Shown here one piece after another: positions 35,604 through 46,976 of a stretch of 64,000 nt of DNA. A program made the position numbers and the translations under genes. Numbering within the stretch: position 1 is the stretch's first letter; every line of letters begins with the position of its first letter. The notes beneath the pieces were generated by a model that was given only the letters and a program-made list of their open reading frames with translations, had not been told where the DNA came from and did no database searches. This DNA comes from a virus: IMG/VR virus record IMGVR_UViG_3300032770_000003, positions 107,495 to 171,494 of that record. One strand, given 5' to 3'.

Positions 35604-37196
35604 CTATTCGGCGTTGGTTCCTTCCACCTCCGGGTGCGCCTCCGGCACACGAACTTTGTCAGCCTTGCCCGCGATGGCAACCCTTCCCGTGTAGGTCAGT
35701 GAAGCGGCGATCTTGCTGAGTCCCGCCTCCACACACTGACCGATGATTTCAGCCGCCTCGATCTCGGCATCGACAGGCTCCTCACGCTTCTCGTTGAGCA
35801 TGTCGATCTGAGCTTGCATGTGGTTGGCGGCAGTGACCAGATCGGCACCCGTGATCCGTATCGATTCATCACCAGGCTTGATGTGCCTGATCGCAGAGAG
35901 CTTCGAGCGCTCCACCGCCTCACGAATCGAGGCGGGAATGAAGCCCCGCAGCTTCTCCCCAGCCAACGTCAGGTCTTCCTTGTCGGCGATGAGACCGCGC
36001 CCATAGAGCCGCATGAGCCGCTCCGCTGCCTTGGCATCCGGCGCTCGAACCGGTACCACGGTATCGATGCGACCCGGCCGCAGCATGGCCTGATTGATCC
36101 CTTGCACCTTGTTGGTCGTGAGCACCACGATGACCTCGGTGTTTTTCGCGTCGACACCGTCGAGGGTGTTGAGGATCTCGTTGACCTTCGCGGTGCGCGC
36201 ATCGGGAGCTTCGTCGCCGTCCTCGTCCACCTGGATCTGGTTGATGTCCTCGGCGAACACCACACAGGGCTGGTACTGTCGAGCCATGGCGATCGCGCGT
36301 CCGAGGTCAGTAGCAGCCTTCACATAGATGAAGGTCCAGCGCGCCTTGGAGTTCACGCACTTGGCAGCCGTCACGTACGCTGCCAACGTCTTCCCCACTC
36401 CGTAAGGTCCTTCGAGCAGGATTCCGCGCTTGAGCGGAATCTTGAAAAACCGGCACACGTCGGTGTGCTCGATGGGCGCGAACAGCGCCGTCTCGATCAT
36501 GTCCTGGACCTCGTCGGTGAAGATCAGTTCCTCCGGATGCACGTCCGTGAGATCCATAAACGAGGGCAGGTAACCGGGCTGGATCGAGAAAGGCCCATCA
36601 CTGTCTGCATCGGGGAAGACCACCGAGATCGCCTTGCCGCGGAAGATCGAGTGCTCCTTGATCCAGTTCCGCAGGAGCATCACGATCTCGTTGACCTGGT
36701 CTTCGCTCTTGCGCCGGATCTCACCGCTCAGCTTGAACTTGACCGTCTTGTCCGGCATGACGCGAAAGTCGGCGTGAAGGAACCCCTCGACGTTGGGCAG
36801 CTCGAAGCGGCCCCACGGTACCTGGATCGTCTTGCCCGGTTCGATCTCCACACCGATCAACGTCGGCGGGGTTTCACCGAAGAAGTGCTCGTCGCCCTTG
36901 ACGTCAACGAATCCGTACTTGTTCTGCAGCACGGACAACAGCGCGTGAGCCCCCTCGACCGGGTAGCAGTCGATCACGTGTGAGACCTGGACGATCGTCT
37001 TCTCTTTCTCGATCTGGCGTGCGATCCAGACGGCGGCTTCTTCGTGTGACATGCCCTCCGGGAAGATCATCTTGTTGCCCTCGCGGGCGAACGTGACGTC
37101 TTTGAATTTGGTATCGATGTCTTCCTCTTTTGGCTTCTTCGAGTCCTTCAGATTCTGAAGCGCTTTCTGCAGTGTGGACGCGGTCGGTGTTCCCAT
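35604..37196 (-). CDS. AAA+ ATPase (classic clade)
   Basis: KRGILLEGPYGVGKT; VFAEDI; LTTN; AMLRPGRID. Confidence 0.88.
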   Translation of the reverse strand: MGTPTASTLQKALQNLKDSKKPKEEDIDTKFKDVTFAREGNKMIFPEGMSHEEAAVWIARQIEKEKTIVQVSHVIDCYPVEGAHALLSVLQNKYGFVDVKGDEHFFGETPPTLIGVEIEPGKTIQVPWGRFELPNVEGFLHADFRVMPDKTVKFKLSGEIRRKSEDQVNEIVMLLRNWIKEHSIFRGKAISVVFPDADSDGPFSIQPGYLPSFMDLTDVHPEELIFTDEVQDMIETALFAPIEHTDVCRFFKIPLKRGILLEGPYGVGKTLAAYVTAAKCVNSKARWTFIYVKAATDLGRAIAMARQYQPCVVFAEDINQIQVDEDGDEAPDARTAKVNEILNTLDGVDAKNTEVIVVLTTNKVQGINQAMLRPGRIDTVVPVRAPDAKAAERLMRLYGRGLIADKEDLTLAGEKLRGFIPASIREAVERSKLSAIRHIKPGDESIRITGADLVTAANHMQAQIDMLNEKREEPVDAEIEAAEIIGQCVEAGLSKIAASLTYTGRVAIAGKADKVRVPEAHPEVEGTNAE

Positions 37197-37536
37197 TGAG
37201 TTAATTCCTTTCTGAATCGAGACGATGATTTCCTCTGGCACATGCTCTGGCGCAAGTCCGGCTTGCTTTACGATGCTGATGAAGACAGCACCTGCTGCTT
37301 ACTCAAAAAGAGGCGATGGCAGATTGGCTGCATCGATCCTCTGTAGTCGCTCGATGATCTCTCCCGCCTTCTTGTTCGGAAGGACCACGCGAGCGAACAC
37401 GGCTAGATCACATAGAACGCACACATTCAAAACCCTCCTTGGAATGGGGAAGGGCTTGTCCCGCACCCTCGGGGACCAAGTCCAAGTTGAAAAAGAAATC
37501 GCACCCTGCCATGAGACCCGGCATGGGTGCAACTCC

Positions 37537-40500
37537 CTATTCGCGTTTTACGAGTGCGTACCCGAACTGACCTGCGACTACACGCAGAGCTGGCTCGTCA
37601 CTACCCGGTGCTGCTTGAACCTTGCTGATCAGCACGTCGAGTCCGTGGGCCCGCGGCGCCGCATAGTCCTCATCCCTGTAGCAGACCAGTTGTTCCAGTG
37701 CAGTCAGCACCAACTGGCGCTCAGCTTCAGAGAGCACCAACAAAGTCCAATCCATCGCCCTGGGGCGAACCCTACCAGAGGCGTACTTCGTCGCGCCAGA
37801 AAGATCGGCTCACCGACGGAGTTCGTCGGTGCGGCCCGCTCGCACGTATCTCGCTAGCTCGTGCATGAGCGCGAGCCACGCCAAGCGCCCCGGACGGATA
37901 GCGAAACTCCGGGCCGCTGCCCGGAGCTGCCACGCCCACCGCCAGGTATGCTTGTCCCGTGTTGGGGCATAGACGACACCGACTGGGCTCAGTCGATGCA
38001 CGGCTTGCGCGTACTTGCCGATTGCACGTCTGGTGGTTCGTGCTCGGTACTTCCGCCCGCCTTGCCACTCCGTAAGTATCTTGCGTGCTAGTCGAGCCCT
38101 CATCGGTTCTCCTTGGTTTTGACGACCACCTCTTCGAAGCGGCTATTCCGCATCAGGATCGTGCCCACCGACTCGCGGAGCTGCGGACCCGCACAGATCA
38201 GCGCCAGAAGCGTCTTCTTGTCGCCGGCTCGCCGAGCACCACTCACGATACGTTGGATGGCTGCATCCGTTGCGATGTACTTCACCGCCGGCTGTTTCTG
38301 CTGAGACATGACAACCCTCCTTCCGGAGGGAGGTCGATCTGCACAGAAGTTACGGCGGCGGGATCGGCTGCTGTTCGTCGACCGCATCCAAGATCTCAGC
38401 GATCTTCAGCCACGCGGTACCGCCACCACAAGACGACGACGCCGCGATCGCACTGATCGCGGCCAGCGCCCGCCGGAGATAGCGACTCTCGGGGCAACCG
38501 CATTCTGCGAACGCTTGAGGCGTGCGATCTTCCCGCAGCGGCTGCTCGACGACGCTCACGCCCACCCTCTGGACTCGGCGTACAGTTGGTCTTCTTGAGC
38601 AGCTTCGTGCCGGAGCTGCTCTTTCACGCGCATCATGGCCAAGCCGTAGCTGCGCAGCTCCAAGGCGACCCTGGCGGTCGTCTTGTCCCGTTCGCTGGTG
38701 CGTCTGTTTGCGATGTCAGCCCGCAACTCCGTGATCGTGTGTGTCACAAGCCAATAGATATCGTAGACCCAGGGTCGTGAAATTTGAAACAAATCAGCGA
38801 CAGCGTTGATGCCGTCGGCACCTTTGTCACCTAGTGGTTGGCGCCGAACGCAAACCGCTCCGATCGCACACGTTCCACAGCTCGGCTTCTTCTCCTCAGA
38901 ATTATCAGGGTGCCATACGCCGTTCCGGCGGACGCCCACGTGAGGATTGAAACCAGGCCCGTACTTGACGATCCAAAGAATGTCCTCTTTGACGTCCTGT
39001 ACGAAGCGCGTGACTTCTTCCGGTGTGGGATCCGGGATCTCGTATGAAGTTTGAAGTGACATGGTCACGACACTCTAGATCAGGAGTCGTGACCCAGACA
39101 ACCTCAAAACAGGATGTCCGTCATACAGGCGTCACAGGTCCCCCGCCCGGGGACGGCCGCACGCTGCTGGGTTATCGCTCGACCTCGAACCAGGCGACGA
39201 CAAGCCCGTCATCGTCATGAATCTCGACGGTCAGCGCCCCCGTGTTGGCGGCCTGCCGGCGGGCATCCGCCAGAATCAGGGCCCGCACGTGGTCACTCGT
39301 AGCGCCGTCGAGGTCGTGCCAATTGGCACTTTGTGTGGCGTCCAGATGAAGTGTCAGTTGCTGCATCTCTCCCTACCTCCGGCAAAAGGTCGATCTGCAC
39401 AAAAGTCAACTACTCGTCATCGTCGGTGGGCTTGCGCTCGAAGGACTCGAAGCTCCGCGGCTCATGGTGCTGCGCCATGCTCATGGCCAGCGTGACGGCG
39501 TGGGCGACACCCGTGGGAGGCTCCGACACCCCGGCGCCGAAGTTGTCGGCGCACGCTTCCTCCCACAGCGCCGCCAGGGCCGCCCGGATGACCTCCTCCT
39601 CGGCAGCCGTCGCACCCGCGATCGCAGTCGTGAACGCGGGCCGGTCAAACGCGCATGCGTCGAGATCGACTTCGAAGCCGCAGCGCTCATCGATGCGATC
39701 CGAGACGTATTGAATCCACGCGTCGTAGTCCGCTTCGGTGACGTCTCCCATGTTGTAGCTCGTCAAAGTCACAGAAATCATTGTTGCCTCCCTGGTAACC
39801 AGAAGCTGGGGCTGCTACGCACCACATTCGGGTGTTGGTCGGGTGCGAGCACAAAGCCCAGGCGCGCCAGCCCCGGCACCAACTGCTGATTGAGAACGTT
39901 CTCCAGGTAGAGTGTCAGGTCAGGGTAGTCGGTGCGCAGCTGGTGAATCAGCGCCTTGAACGAGCCCCGCCCCGGTTCAGTCGCGCTCGCCGAAGCGATG
40001 GTGAACACGGGATTCCAAGGCTTGCGATCGATGTACCGTGGCCCGAAGCGCACGTACAACGAGCTGAAGCCCGGCTGCTGAATGTGACGGCCAACTGGCC
40101 AGTTCAGTTCACGACCGTAGGCAATGAACTGTGCAAGATCCATCATCGTTGTCTTCGCTCTCATGCCTTGTCCTCCGCGATGGCACGCAAACAATCAACC
40201 ACAGCAAGCCAAACCAGGAAGAGCAGCCCCGCGTCCCAACCCAGTAGCACAGTGGTCAGCACGACGGTCGGAATGTAGATCACCAGGCGGATCACGATTC
40301 ACTACTCCCGATCGCTAGTCATCTTCGTCAGCCAGAGCGATCGCGATCCTCGTCGCTACGAACTGCGCGACCCCTTGCGAGCCATGAAGCTTTTCCCAGC
40401 GCGCCAGTCCTTCCGCGATGGAAAGGATGTGATCGTTCTCGACGGTGCAGGTGCAGATGGGTGGGCTGAGCGGCCCACTGTTCGCGTTCAGCATGCAGTC

Positions 40501-41157
40501 TTCATCGTGGTTTGCTGTTGGCTTCATAGCGGCCTCTTGAGGAAAGCAGTCAGGCATGTCGTGTCGTCCTGGGAGGAAGTAGAAACAACGACTGAGACCA
40601 GCTCCCAGCCTGTCGCCCCGAACGTGTCGAGCGTGTCCTGGAGTGCCTCCGGCTGATCCTCTTTCACCTGGCAGCACATGTATTCCCACTTGGTCATCGG
40701 CTTCTCCGAAGCTGTTCGATTTCCAGCTCGTTCATGCGCTCGACCATCCACTCGCCCGGTGAGCCGCCGTAGCCCTCATCGATGTTGGCGCGGAAGGTCT
40801 TCCAGCTGGTTTCAAGCTCAGCCAGCTCGCGGGTCAGCTCCGCATCGCTCAGGGCGGTGGCCGGTCTCATTTGGGTGGCTGGGGCATGGTGGACTTGATG
40901 GCCTTGTTGAGCGCCCAGTAGCGCCGAGCGAAGGCAACGTCCTGCTTGGTGAGGTAGCGATAGTCCCGCAAAGTGGTGTCCTCCTCATCATTCGGCATGC
41001 AGCCGATGTCGAGCACTGACAGCCGCGTGTCCTTGAAGTACCGGTCCCCGGCGGGGATGTGCCGGTTGAGCCACTTGATGGCCCGGACCACAGCCAGGGC
41101 ATCTTCAGCCGACGCGCATTCGATGGTCCCGTCGGGCCGCACGGCAAACTTTCCCAT
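37537..41157 (-). other. Cluster of small early-type hypothetical genes, including a GNAT-like ORF at about 39778-40165
   Basis: Tightly packed 60-170 aa ORFs, e.g. 37537-37755, 38100-38309, 38556-39068, 39172-39366, 39410-39781, 40867-41157. GNAT-like EPGRGSFKAL...LARLGF. Confidence 0.5.
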
Positions 41158-42479
41158 TGAAGTTGTCCCTTCCCCTTGGTTCCAAGTTCCTGAGTCAAAG
41201 TGCTACGTTACAGCCCCAACACCCATCCCACTGTCACCTCGAAGTGTCACCCGCCCAGGCAGTCTAGCTCAGGGCCCCAAGCCCGTGAAGCACACTGCCG
41301 AAGTCCTTCATCTCCTTCATTTTCTTCACTCGTCATCCGCCTCCAGCATCACCCAGTGCCAGCCCCCCGCAGAGCGGGGATACCCAATGAAGCGATGCTT
41401 CTCCAGGTCGCTGATCGGTAGGGTAGGGAACTGACGCATGACCCCGCGCCGTTGCACGTCGGTCAGCTCCGCCCAGGTCTTGGCTTTAAGTGTCAGGGTC
41501 ATTCTTGAGCAGGTCGAAGCCGTCCGTCGTGGTGTGCGGTTCGTCGAAGACCTCGAAGCGCCAGCCGTCCGCGACCTTGGACACGGTGAAGTTCCGTCCC
41601 TGCCGAACCAGCTGGGCGCAGGTGTCGCTGGCGATCCTCTCGTCTGAAAGCGTGATGGTCTTTGCGTTCATGCTCTCCTCCGACCTCAAGGTCGATCCGC
41701 ACAGAAGTCAAAGGGGACCCTACCATGGTAGGCTCGTAGCTAACCGCGTCAGTTTATATTATGCGTCAATTTAGTTTCTACCCCCAAAATTTTCGATCAC
41801 AGGCCAGATGTCACCTCCGGGCCGCCGAGGAACGGTGGGCCCCTAAACAATGGCTATAAATAGCCCATCATTCCGCGGACCTACCGGTCTGAGAGGCAAA
41901 GCCTCTCAGACTGGCAGGTCAGCCTCTCACGCTGAGATGCTGGTGAGGCATGGCCGTAGGCCATGCTCACGGAGCATCTCAAGCTGAGGGGAATGATTGG
42001 GCTTTCAGGCCGAGAGGACGGGGTAGGCGGCTGCGGCCTTCGGGAGGTCGTGACGAGCGCGTCCAGCGGCCTTGCGGTTGCGGCAGTGCAGGCAGTTCTT
42101 GTGGGGGCGTGGCAGGAAGACGGGGCCTTCACCTCCGTGGCGAAGGGGAAGTGGGCAAATGTCCTTCCCGCATCCGGTGCATGCGACGTCTTCGAGGCCG
42201 TGCTTGGTGGGCTTGAGGATCATCATGGGTCGGTCTCCTTTCACGCTGAGAGGTCGATCTACGCAGAAGTTTTGACGCCTTGGGCCCAATTGTAACTTCG
42301 AAGTTCTTTCGGCCTGGGGCGCAGATCAACTCAAGTGGTCGATATCGTTGGGATAATGCTTCGCGTCCATTTGTAAACAACAGGCCATTCCTACCGGCCT
42401 GAAAGGTGTTGACCTCTCAGACTGGTAGGGACCTGATGACGCCGACGCACGCACGACAGGCGCATGCTAACGTAGCAGA

Positions 42480-42860
42480 ATGCTTCGAAGTCCTACTTGG
42501 AAGGTCTACTGCCTGTTCGACCCACAAGACGGCGAGCTGCGCTATGTCGGGTGCACAGCTCAAGCACTCGGGGCCCGCATCCGGACGCACCGCCAGGTGC
42601 GCGAGCTACGCACAACCAACTGGGGTCTCTCCTACCTGCCTGAGGAGCGCGGCAAGTCCAAGAAAGAGATGTGGATCCGAGACCTCAGACGAAGAGGAGC
42701 CACCCCATACGTCGTCGTGGTGTCCACCTTCCATGACAAGAAGACCGGTCTTCAGGCTGAGAGGTGGCTGATAAACCTATTGATAACGCTAGGTTACGCA
42801 CTAACGAACAGCGACAGTCGTACACAAAAGCTTGCCCGACAGCGCTGCGGACAGTTCTGA
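42480..42860 (+). CDS. Minimal GIY-YIG nuclease
   Basis: VYCLFDP..GELRYVGCT...RIRTH...AERWLI...LTN. Confidence 0.65.
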   Translation: MLRSPTWKVYCLFDPQDGELRYVGCTAQALGARIRTHRQVRELRTTNWGLSYLPEERGKSKKEMWIRDLRRRGATPYVVVVSTFHDKKTGLQAERWLINLLITLGYALTNSDSRTQKLARQRCGQF

Positions 42861-43222
42861 CGCTTTCACGCTACTGCACGTCTCACCTCTCTTTCCTTTG
42901 GCTGCGACCTTCGAACCCCATGTCGGCACGGAAGGATGATGGCGTCCGGGTGGACCACACTCTCAGCTCGGAGGGCACGCTTGCGCCAGTAGAGGGTGGG
43001 CAGCGCCGCCAGCACCAGGAGAACCACATCAGCGACGAAGTGCATGGACCTCTCTCCTTTCAGCGGCGGATGAGCCGCTCTGCGAGCTGTGCGCGCCGAA
43101 CCCAGCGCCGGGCGGTGATCAGAAGGCTCACACCGAGACCAAGCTGACCCGCGAGAATGACTGCTGCGACAAGTGTCATGACCTTTCTCCAGTAAAAGTG
43201 CTACGTTAGCGGACCCAATCAG

Positions 43223-43297
43223 TGGGCCCAGAGGCGAGGACTCGAACCTCGCTTTCCAACCGAGTGAGCAGTTGGTGACCCTGTCGTCCCTCTGGGC
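43223..43297 (-). ncRNA. Non-canonical tRNA-like element with encoded CCA
   Basis: Acceptor GCCCAGAG/CTCTGGGC then CCA; T arm GCGAGG-TTCGAGT-CCTCGC; 3-bp D stem; 7-bp anticodon stem with atypical CTCACT loop. Confidence 0.55.
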
Positions 43298-43349
43298 TGC
43301 CCGGGTTTCTCACTTCCCGAACGCCAAGAGGTCGATCTACACAGAAGTC

Positions 43350-44280
43350 AGGTCAGAGCGCGCCTAATGTAGGCAGCCTCACGACAAAAAACACACGCAT
43401 CAAAATGCTCTAGGATGCGCGTTCGCCTACCTCCAGGCACCTAGGGTCCATCCGCGCGATCGCCCAAAATCGGACCCAAAACCCTCGATTCCTGAAATGT
43501 CGCACAAAGTGCTTGACATACTCTCAGGATGAGCGTACTGGCGACTGTTCCTCTCATCCTGAGAGGAACGCATTGAGAGTACGCGTCCGCGTACTCTCAT
43601 ACTGAGGTGCTGGGTCGTCTCAGGATTGAGACGACCCCCGCTCAGAGCCTTTCAGTCTGAGAGCCTTCGGCCTCTCAGACTGAGATAACTACGCGTTTTC
43701 CTTACGGAAAACGGAAGGCCCGGAAGCCCGCGTTCCGCGGGCTGTGTGCTGGGAGAACATCTAGAGATACGGATGAGCTTCCTAGGGGTGAAGAGCACCT
43801 ACAGAAGCAGACACAGAGGCTAGGTGAAAGGCATATCCCGAGAGCTGTGGTTCCCGTCCTTCCCGTTCCCCTCTCCTGTGGCTCTGTGGTCCCTCTCGTT
43901 GTCCTTCCCTGATCTCTCGGATGTTCTCGTTTCCTCTACTCTTTCTCGTCTGTTACCTGGTGGACTTGTGGGGGGCTATGACCTGCCATCCTGGTAGTGG
44001 TCTACTCCTCCCCTCTGGTGGTCCTTCCCAGGGTTTTGTGGGGGATGTGGAGGCTATTGAGGGGTGACAAGAGGGATTTTCTCGGGGGAATATTCGTGTC
44101 GGGTGTTTGGAGGTCGGTTGAGGGGGGTTGGGTGTGGTTTTCGGTGTGATTGAGAGGGGTTGGGATGGGAAGTGTGGGGGAAATAGGGGCTAAGATATGG
44201 GAATCGTTAGTGAAAGAGGGAATTTGGGTTGTGGAGTCTGGGGAGCTGGAAGTGGGTGGTTTGTGAGTGATTACGGCTAG
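43350..44280. other. ORF-free divergent strand-switch region with palindromes and strong base skew
   Basis: Several CTCA-N3-TGAG palindromes at 43522-43685; purine block, then pyrimidine block, then C-poor G/T tract. Confidence 0.6.
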
Positions 44281-44285
44281 TTAGC

Positions 44286-44774
44286 ATGTTTGGGTTGAGC
44301 TTGGGTTGGCTGGTGTGTCAGGGTCTTTCGGGATTCGTTGGTTTGGGGGATTGGAACTTCTACTTTGGAACACTGTGTTGCTACTTGGCTGCGGCCCTTT
44401 GGGCTGCTGGACTGACATGGCCTCCTGCGCCTGTGCCGCTCGGTCTTCTCAACCTGCCTCTTGTCAACCTGCCTCTTGTCAACCTGCCTCTCACTTCCCC
44501 GCCGCACATTCCAGCGGGGGCGCTGACCAAAGAAGAGGCAATGTTTATGCTGACTTGCATCTGGAGCAGCGCCGAGAGCGGTGCTTTGCCGGGTCAGCTC
44601 TTTGGGCAGACCGCCAAGCTCATTCGCTTGATGCGCAGCGTGGTGCCCGACTTCGATCCTGACGCCATGCTGGAGCGCATCAAGCACAAGCTGGTCGCTT
44701 TGGCGGTCGTGGAAGAAATGGGTCCGCGAGATGAGCCGTTGACCAACGCAGTCAAAGCGGGGCCCTGGTGGTGA
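44286..44774 (+). CDS. Hypothetical protein; C-terminal domain paralogous to 46713-46976
   Basis: LTKEEAMFMLTCIW...LPGQLF...VVPDFDPD. Start uncertain; 15-nt tandem repeat inside. Confidence 0.5.
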   Translation: MFGLSLGWLVCQGLSGFVGLGDWNFYFGTLCCYLAAALWAAGLTWPPAPVPLGLLNLPLVNLPLVNLPLTSPPHIPAGALTKEEAMFMLTCIWSSAESGALPGQLFGQTAKLIRLMRSVVPDFDPDAMLERIKHKLVALAVVEEMGPRDEPLTNAVKAGPWW

Positions 44775-44778
44775 GGCC

Positions 44779-45030
44779 ATGAGTCGGATTGCCGCCCTGA
44801 ATGAGCAGCTGATTGTGGCGCTTCGCACCGTCATGCCTAACGCCGTGGCGGACTACTTTGCCGCCAACATCGACCGCTGGCTTGGCATCGAGGCAGCCGC
44901 CCGCATGGTTGTAAACGCCGCTGAGGTCGACAAATCGCCCCAGGCGCTTGCGCTGGCGATCTTCCAGCTTCGCGAGGTCGTGAACGCACCCACGCCCCCG
45001 CCACCAGGGTCGTCGGAAACCAAGCAATGA
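44779..45030 (+). CDS. Hypothetical protein, paralog of 46969-47253
   Basis: IDRWLGIEAAARMV. Confidence 0.55.
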   Translation: MSRIAALNEQLIVALRTVMPNAVADYFAANIDRWLGIEAAARMVVNAAEVDKSPQALALAIFQLREVVNAPTPPPPGSSETKQ

Positions 45031-45213
45031 CCCAGTGGTTTTATGCACTGCGGTTCTGGTGGTACTGGCTGCGGGCCCCGGCAAGCGCCCGCCTGCTTCT
45101 GAGCTTCAACGGTGTAACGGTGCGCGCCGTGCGGTTGTCGAGTGACGTTATCCTCGTGCGTGATGCGTCACGGTTTCGTGGTGCAGTCGGCTTCTTCCAG
45201 GAGAAATGACACA

Positions 45214-46716
45214 ATGGGCATCTCAGGCGAGATCAAGGTCGGCGATCGGTTCATTTGGAACGGCGTGAGGACTTACGGAAGCGGCTGGACCATAGAGCCA
45301 GGGGACGTCGTGGTCGTCACGGATAAGACTCGGGGTGTGCCTGTGACACACAGGGGGCATCTCTGGTTGGCCCGGGTCGAACGCACAGACGCGCACTCGT
45401 GGTTCGCCTTCACCCACGAGGCGTGGGCGCGCTACGTCGAGGGGCCCATGCCCGAGGACAAGCCGCCGCTGCAGCCCGCTGCCAAGTGCCCAATCGCTCT
45501 GGGGTCACGTTGGCGCAAGAAAGTGGGGGCTGGAAATTGGAAAGAGGGTGACGAAGCTGTAGTGGTGCACATCGAGCAAGGTCACTTCGGGTGGCTTGTT
45601 CAGATGCAAAACGACAAAGGGTTTAGCGATGGACCCTGGTGCTTCAGCCCAGACGGGAGGCATGACCAGGGGACGTGGCTTTGGCTCTGCGACCCGCCAG
45701 TCGAGAGCCCCACCCCTGCTCCCGACCCCGCTCCTGCACGCAAAGCCAAGGCTTGCCCGATCGCCGTAGGCTCACGCTGGCGTCGAACGCGCGGCGGTGG
45801 CTGGAAAGGGGTCAATGGCGGGTCTTGGGACCTTGGCGAACAAGCCGTGGTGGTCGGAGTCAGCGACAAGCCGCTGGACGGTGATTGGCTGGTCACGCTG
45901 CAGAGCACCAAGGATGGCTACATCGATGCAGGTTGGCATTTCCATGTAGATGGAACCCACGACCTGTGGGCCCTGGTGAGCGATCCCCGCGACAAATGCC
46001 CGATCGCTCTTGGGTCACGCTGGCGCAGGAATTCGCCCGAAGGTTACTGGAAGCAGGGTGACGAAACCGTCGTGATGAGTGTGAAGCTGGCTCTGGCCAA
46101 GAACTGGCTTGTTGTGCTGCGCAGCGACGAGCACGGAGATACAGATTGGCTCTTTGAGCCAAATGGGACTCACCGCGCCTGGACCCTGGTGAGCGTCAAA
46201 CAACCCCTCGTCGGGTCACGCTGGCGCATCACCAGTGACCTTTGCGGCTGGAAAGCCGGCGATGAAGCTCAAGTCATAAAAGTCTTGGAACGATCCACAG
46301 GTGGCTGGTTTGTCGTCCTGCGCAAGCTTGACGAGCACGGATGGTGCAACGATCTGGTCAAGCGGGCCACCGACTGGCACTTCAGCGCACAGCAGACTGA
46401 CAACACCTGGGTGTGGGTCTGCGACCCACCAGTCCACAAGATTGGCGGCGAGCTGAACACCCAGCCGGCTCCGACCTACGTCAAGTGCGCCCCTGGCTGC
46501 ACCCCCGCTAGCCCCTGCAAGCGCTCTGTGTGCCCTGTCTGGCGTGAGCCTGGATTCCGCGTGATCGAATCCCAGGTGCTCTGGGCTCAGCGCCAAGACC
46601 ACATCCACAAGGAGGCCAAGGAGCGCCCCGTCGATCCAGCGCCCCGTCAGTACGCTCCGCCGGAGCTGCATTGCGAGCTGAACTGGGCGTGCGGTTTGGT
46701 CCGGACCAAGCAATGA
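45214..46716 (+). CDS. Trp-rich tandem-domain protein (4-5 small beta repeats)
   Basis: Repeats of CPIA(L/V)GSRWR...W..G(D/E).AVV...W.V.L...W.F..DG. Confidence 0.7.
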   Translation: MGISGEIKVGDRFIWNGVRTYGSGWTIEPGDVVVVTDKTRGVPVTHRGHLWLARVERTDAHSWFAFTHEAWARYVEGPMPEDKPPLQPAAKCPIALGSRWRKKVGAGNWKEGDEAVVVHIEQGHFGWLVQMQNDKGFSDGPWCFSPDGRHDQGTWLWLCDPPVESPTPAPDPAPARKAKACPIAVGSRWRRTRGGGWKGVNGGSWDLGEQAVVVGVSDKPLDGDWLVTLQSTKDGYIDAGWHFHVDGTHDLWALVSDPRDKCPIALGSRWRRNSPEGYWKQGDETVVMSVKLALAKNWLVVLRSDEHGDTDWLFEPNGTHRAWTLVSVKQPLVGSRWRITSDLCGWKAGDEAQVIKVLERSTGGWFVVLRKLDEHGWCNDLVKRATDWHFSAQQTDNTWVWVCDPPVHKIGGELNTQPAPTYVKCAPGCTPASPCKRSVCPVWREPGFRVIESQVLWAQRQDHIHKEAKERPVDPAPRQYAPPELHCELNWACGLVRTKQ

Positions 46717-46976
46717 CCGCTGTTGTCGAGGGTGTCGATATCACCCCAGAAGAGGCAATCTTTCTGCTGACTTGCTGTTGGTACAATCGAATGGAGGGCG
46801 AAAACTACCTGCCTTGCCAATTCCCGAGCAGCGCAAGCGTTGAGAACGTCATCGCGCAACTTCGGGCGATTGTTCCCACGTTCGATCCTGACCGGTGCGC
46901 GGCAGAGATCGATCGCAAGGTCAACGACGCCATTCGGCGCGAGGAGCTGGCAGCAAGCCGTAAGACCAATGGCTGA
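46713..46976 (+). CDS. Hypothetical protein
   Basis: ATGA-coupled; ITPEEAIFLLTCCW...LPCQFP...IVPTFDPD. Confidence 0.6.
   Translation: MTAVVEGVDITPEEAIFLLTCCWYNRMEGENYLPCQFPSSASVENVIAQLRAIVPTFDPDRCAAEIDRKVNDAIRREELAASRKTNG

Noticed and set aside
35814-36983. Long antisense ORFs (also 8309-9160, 24739-25653, 27236-28009, 58680-59525, 60383-61249)
   Set aside because: In-register shadows of real genes in GC-rich DNA. Unlike the intein antisense ORFs, they show no domain motifs and no second homolog.
43223-43297. Functional tRNA-Sec, -His or -Val assignment
   Set aside because: The anticodon loop is not a canonical 7-mer and there is no long variable arm, so it is reported only as tRNA-like.
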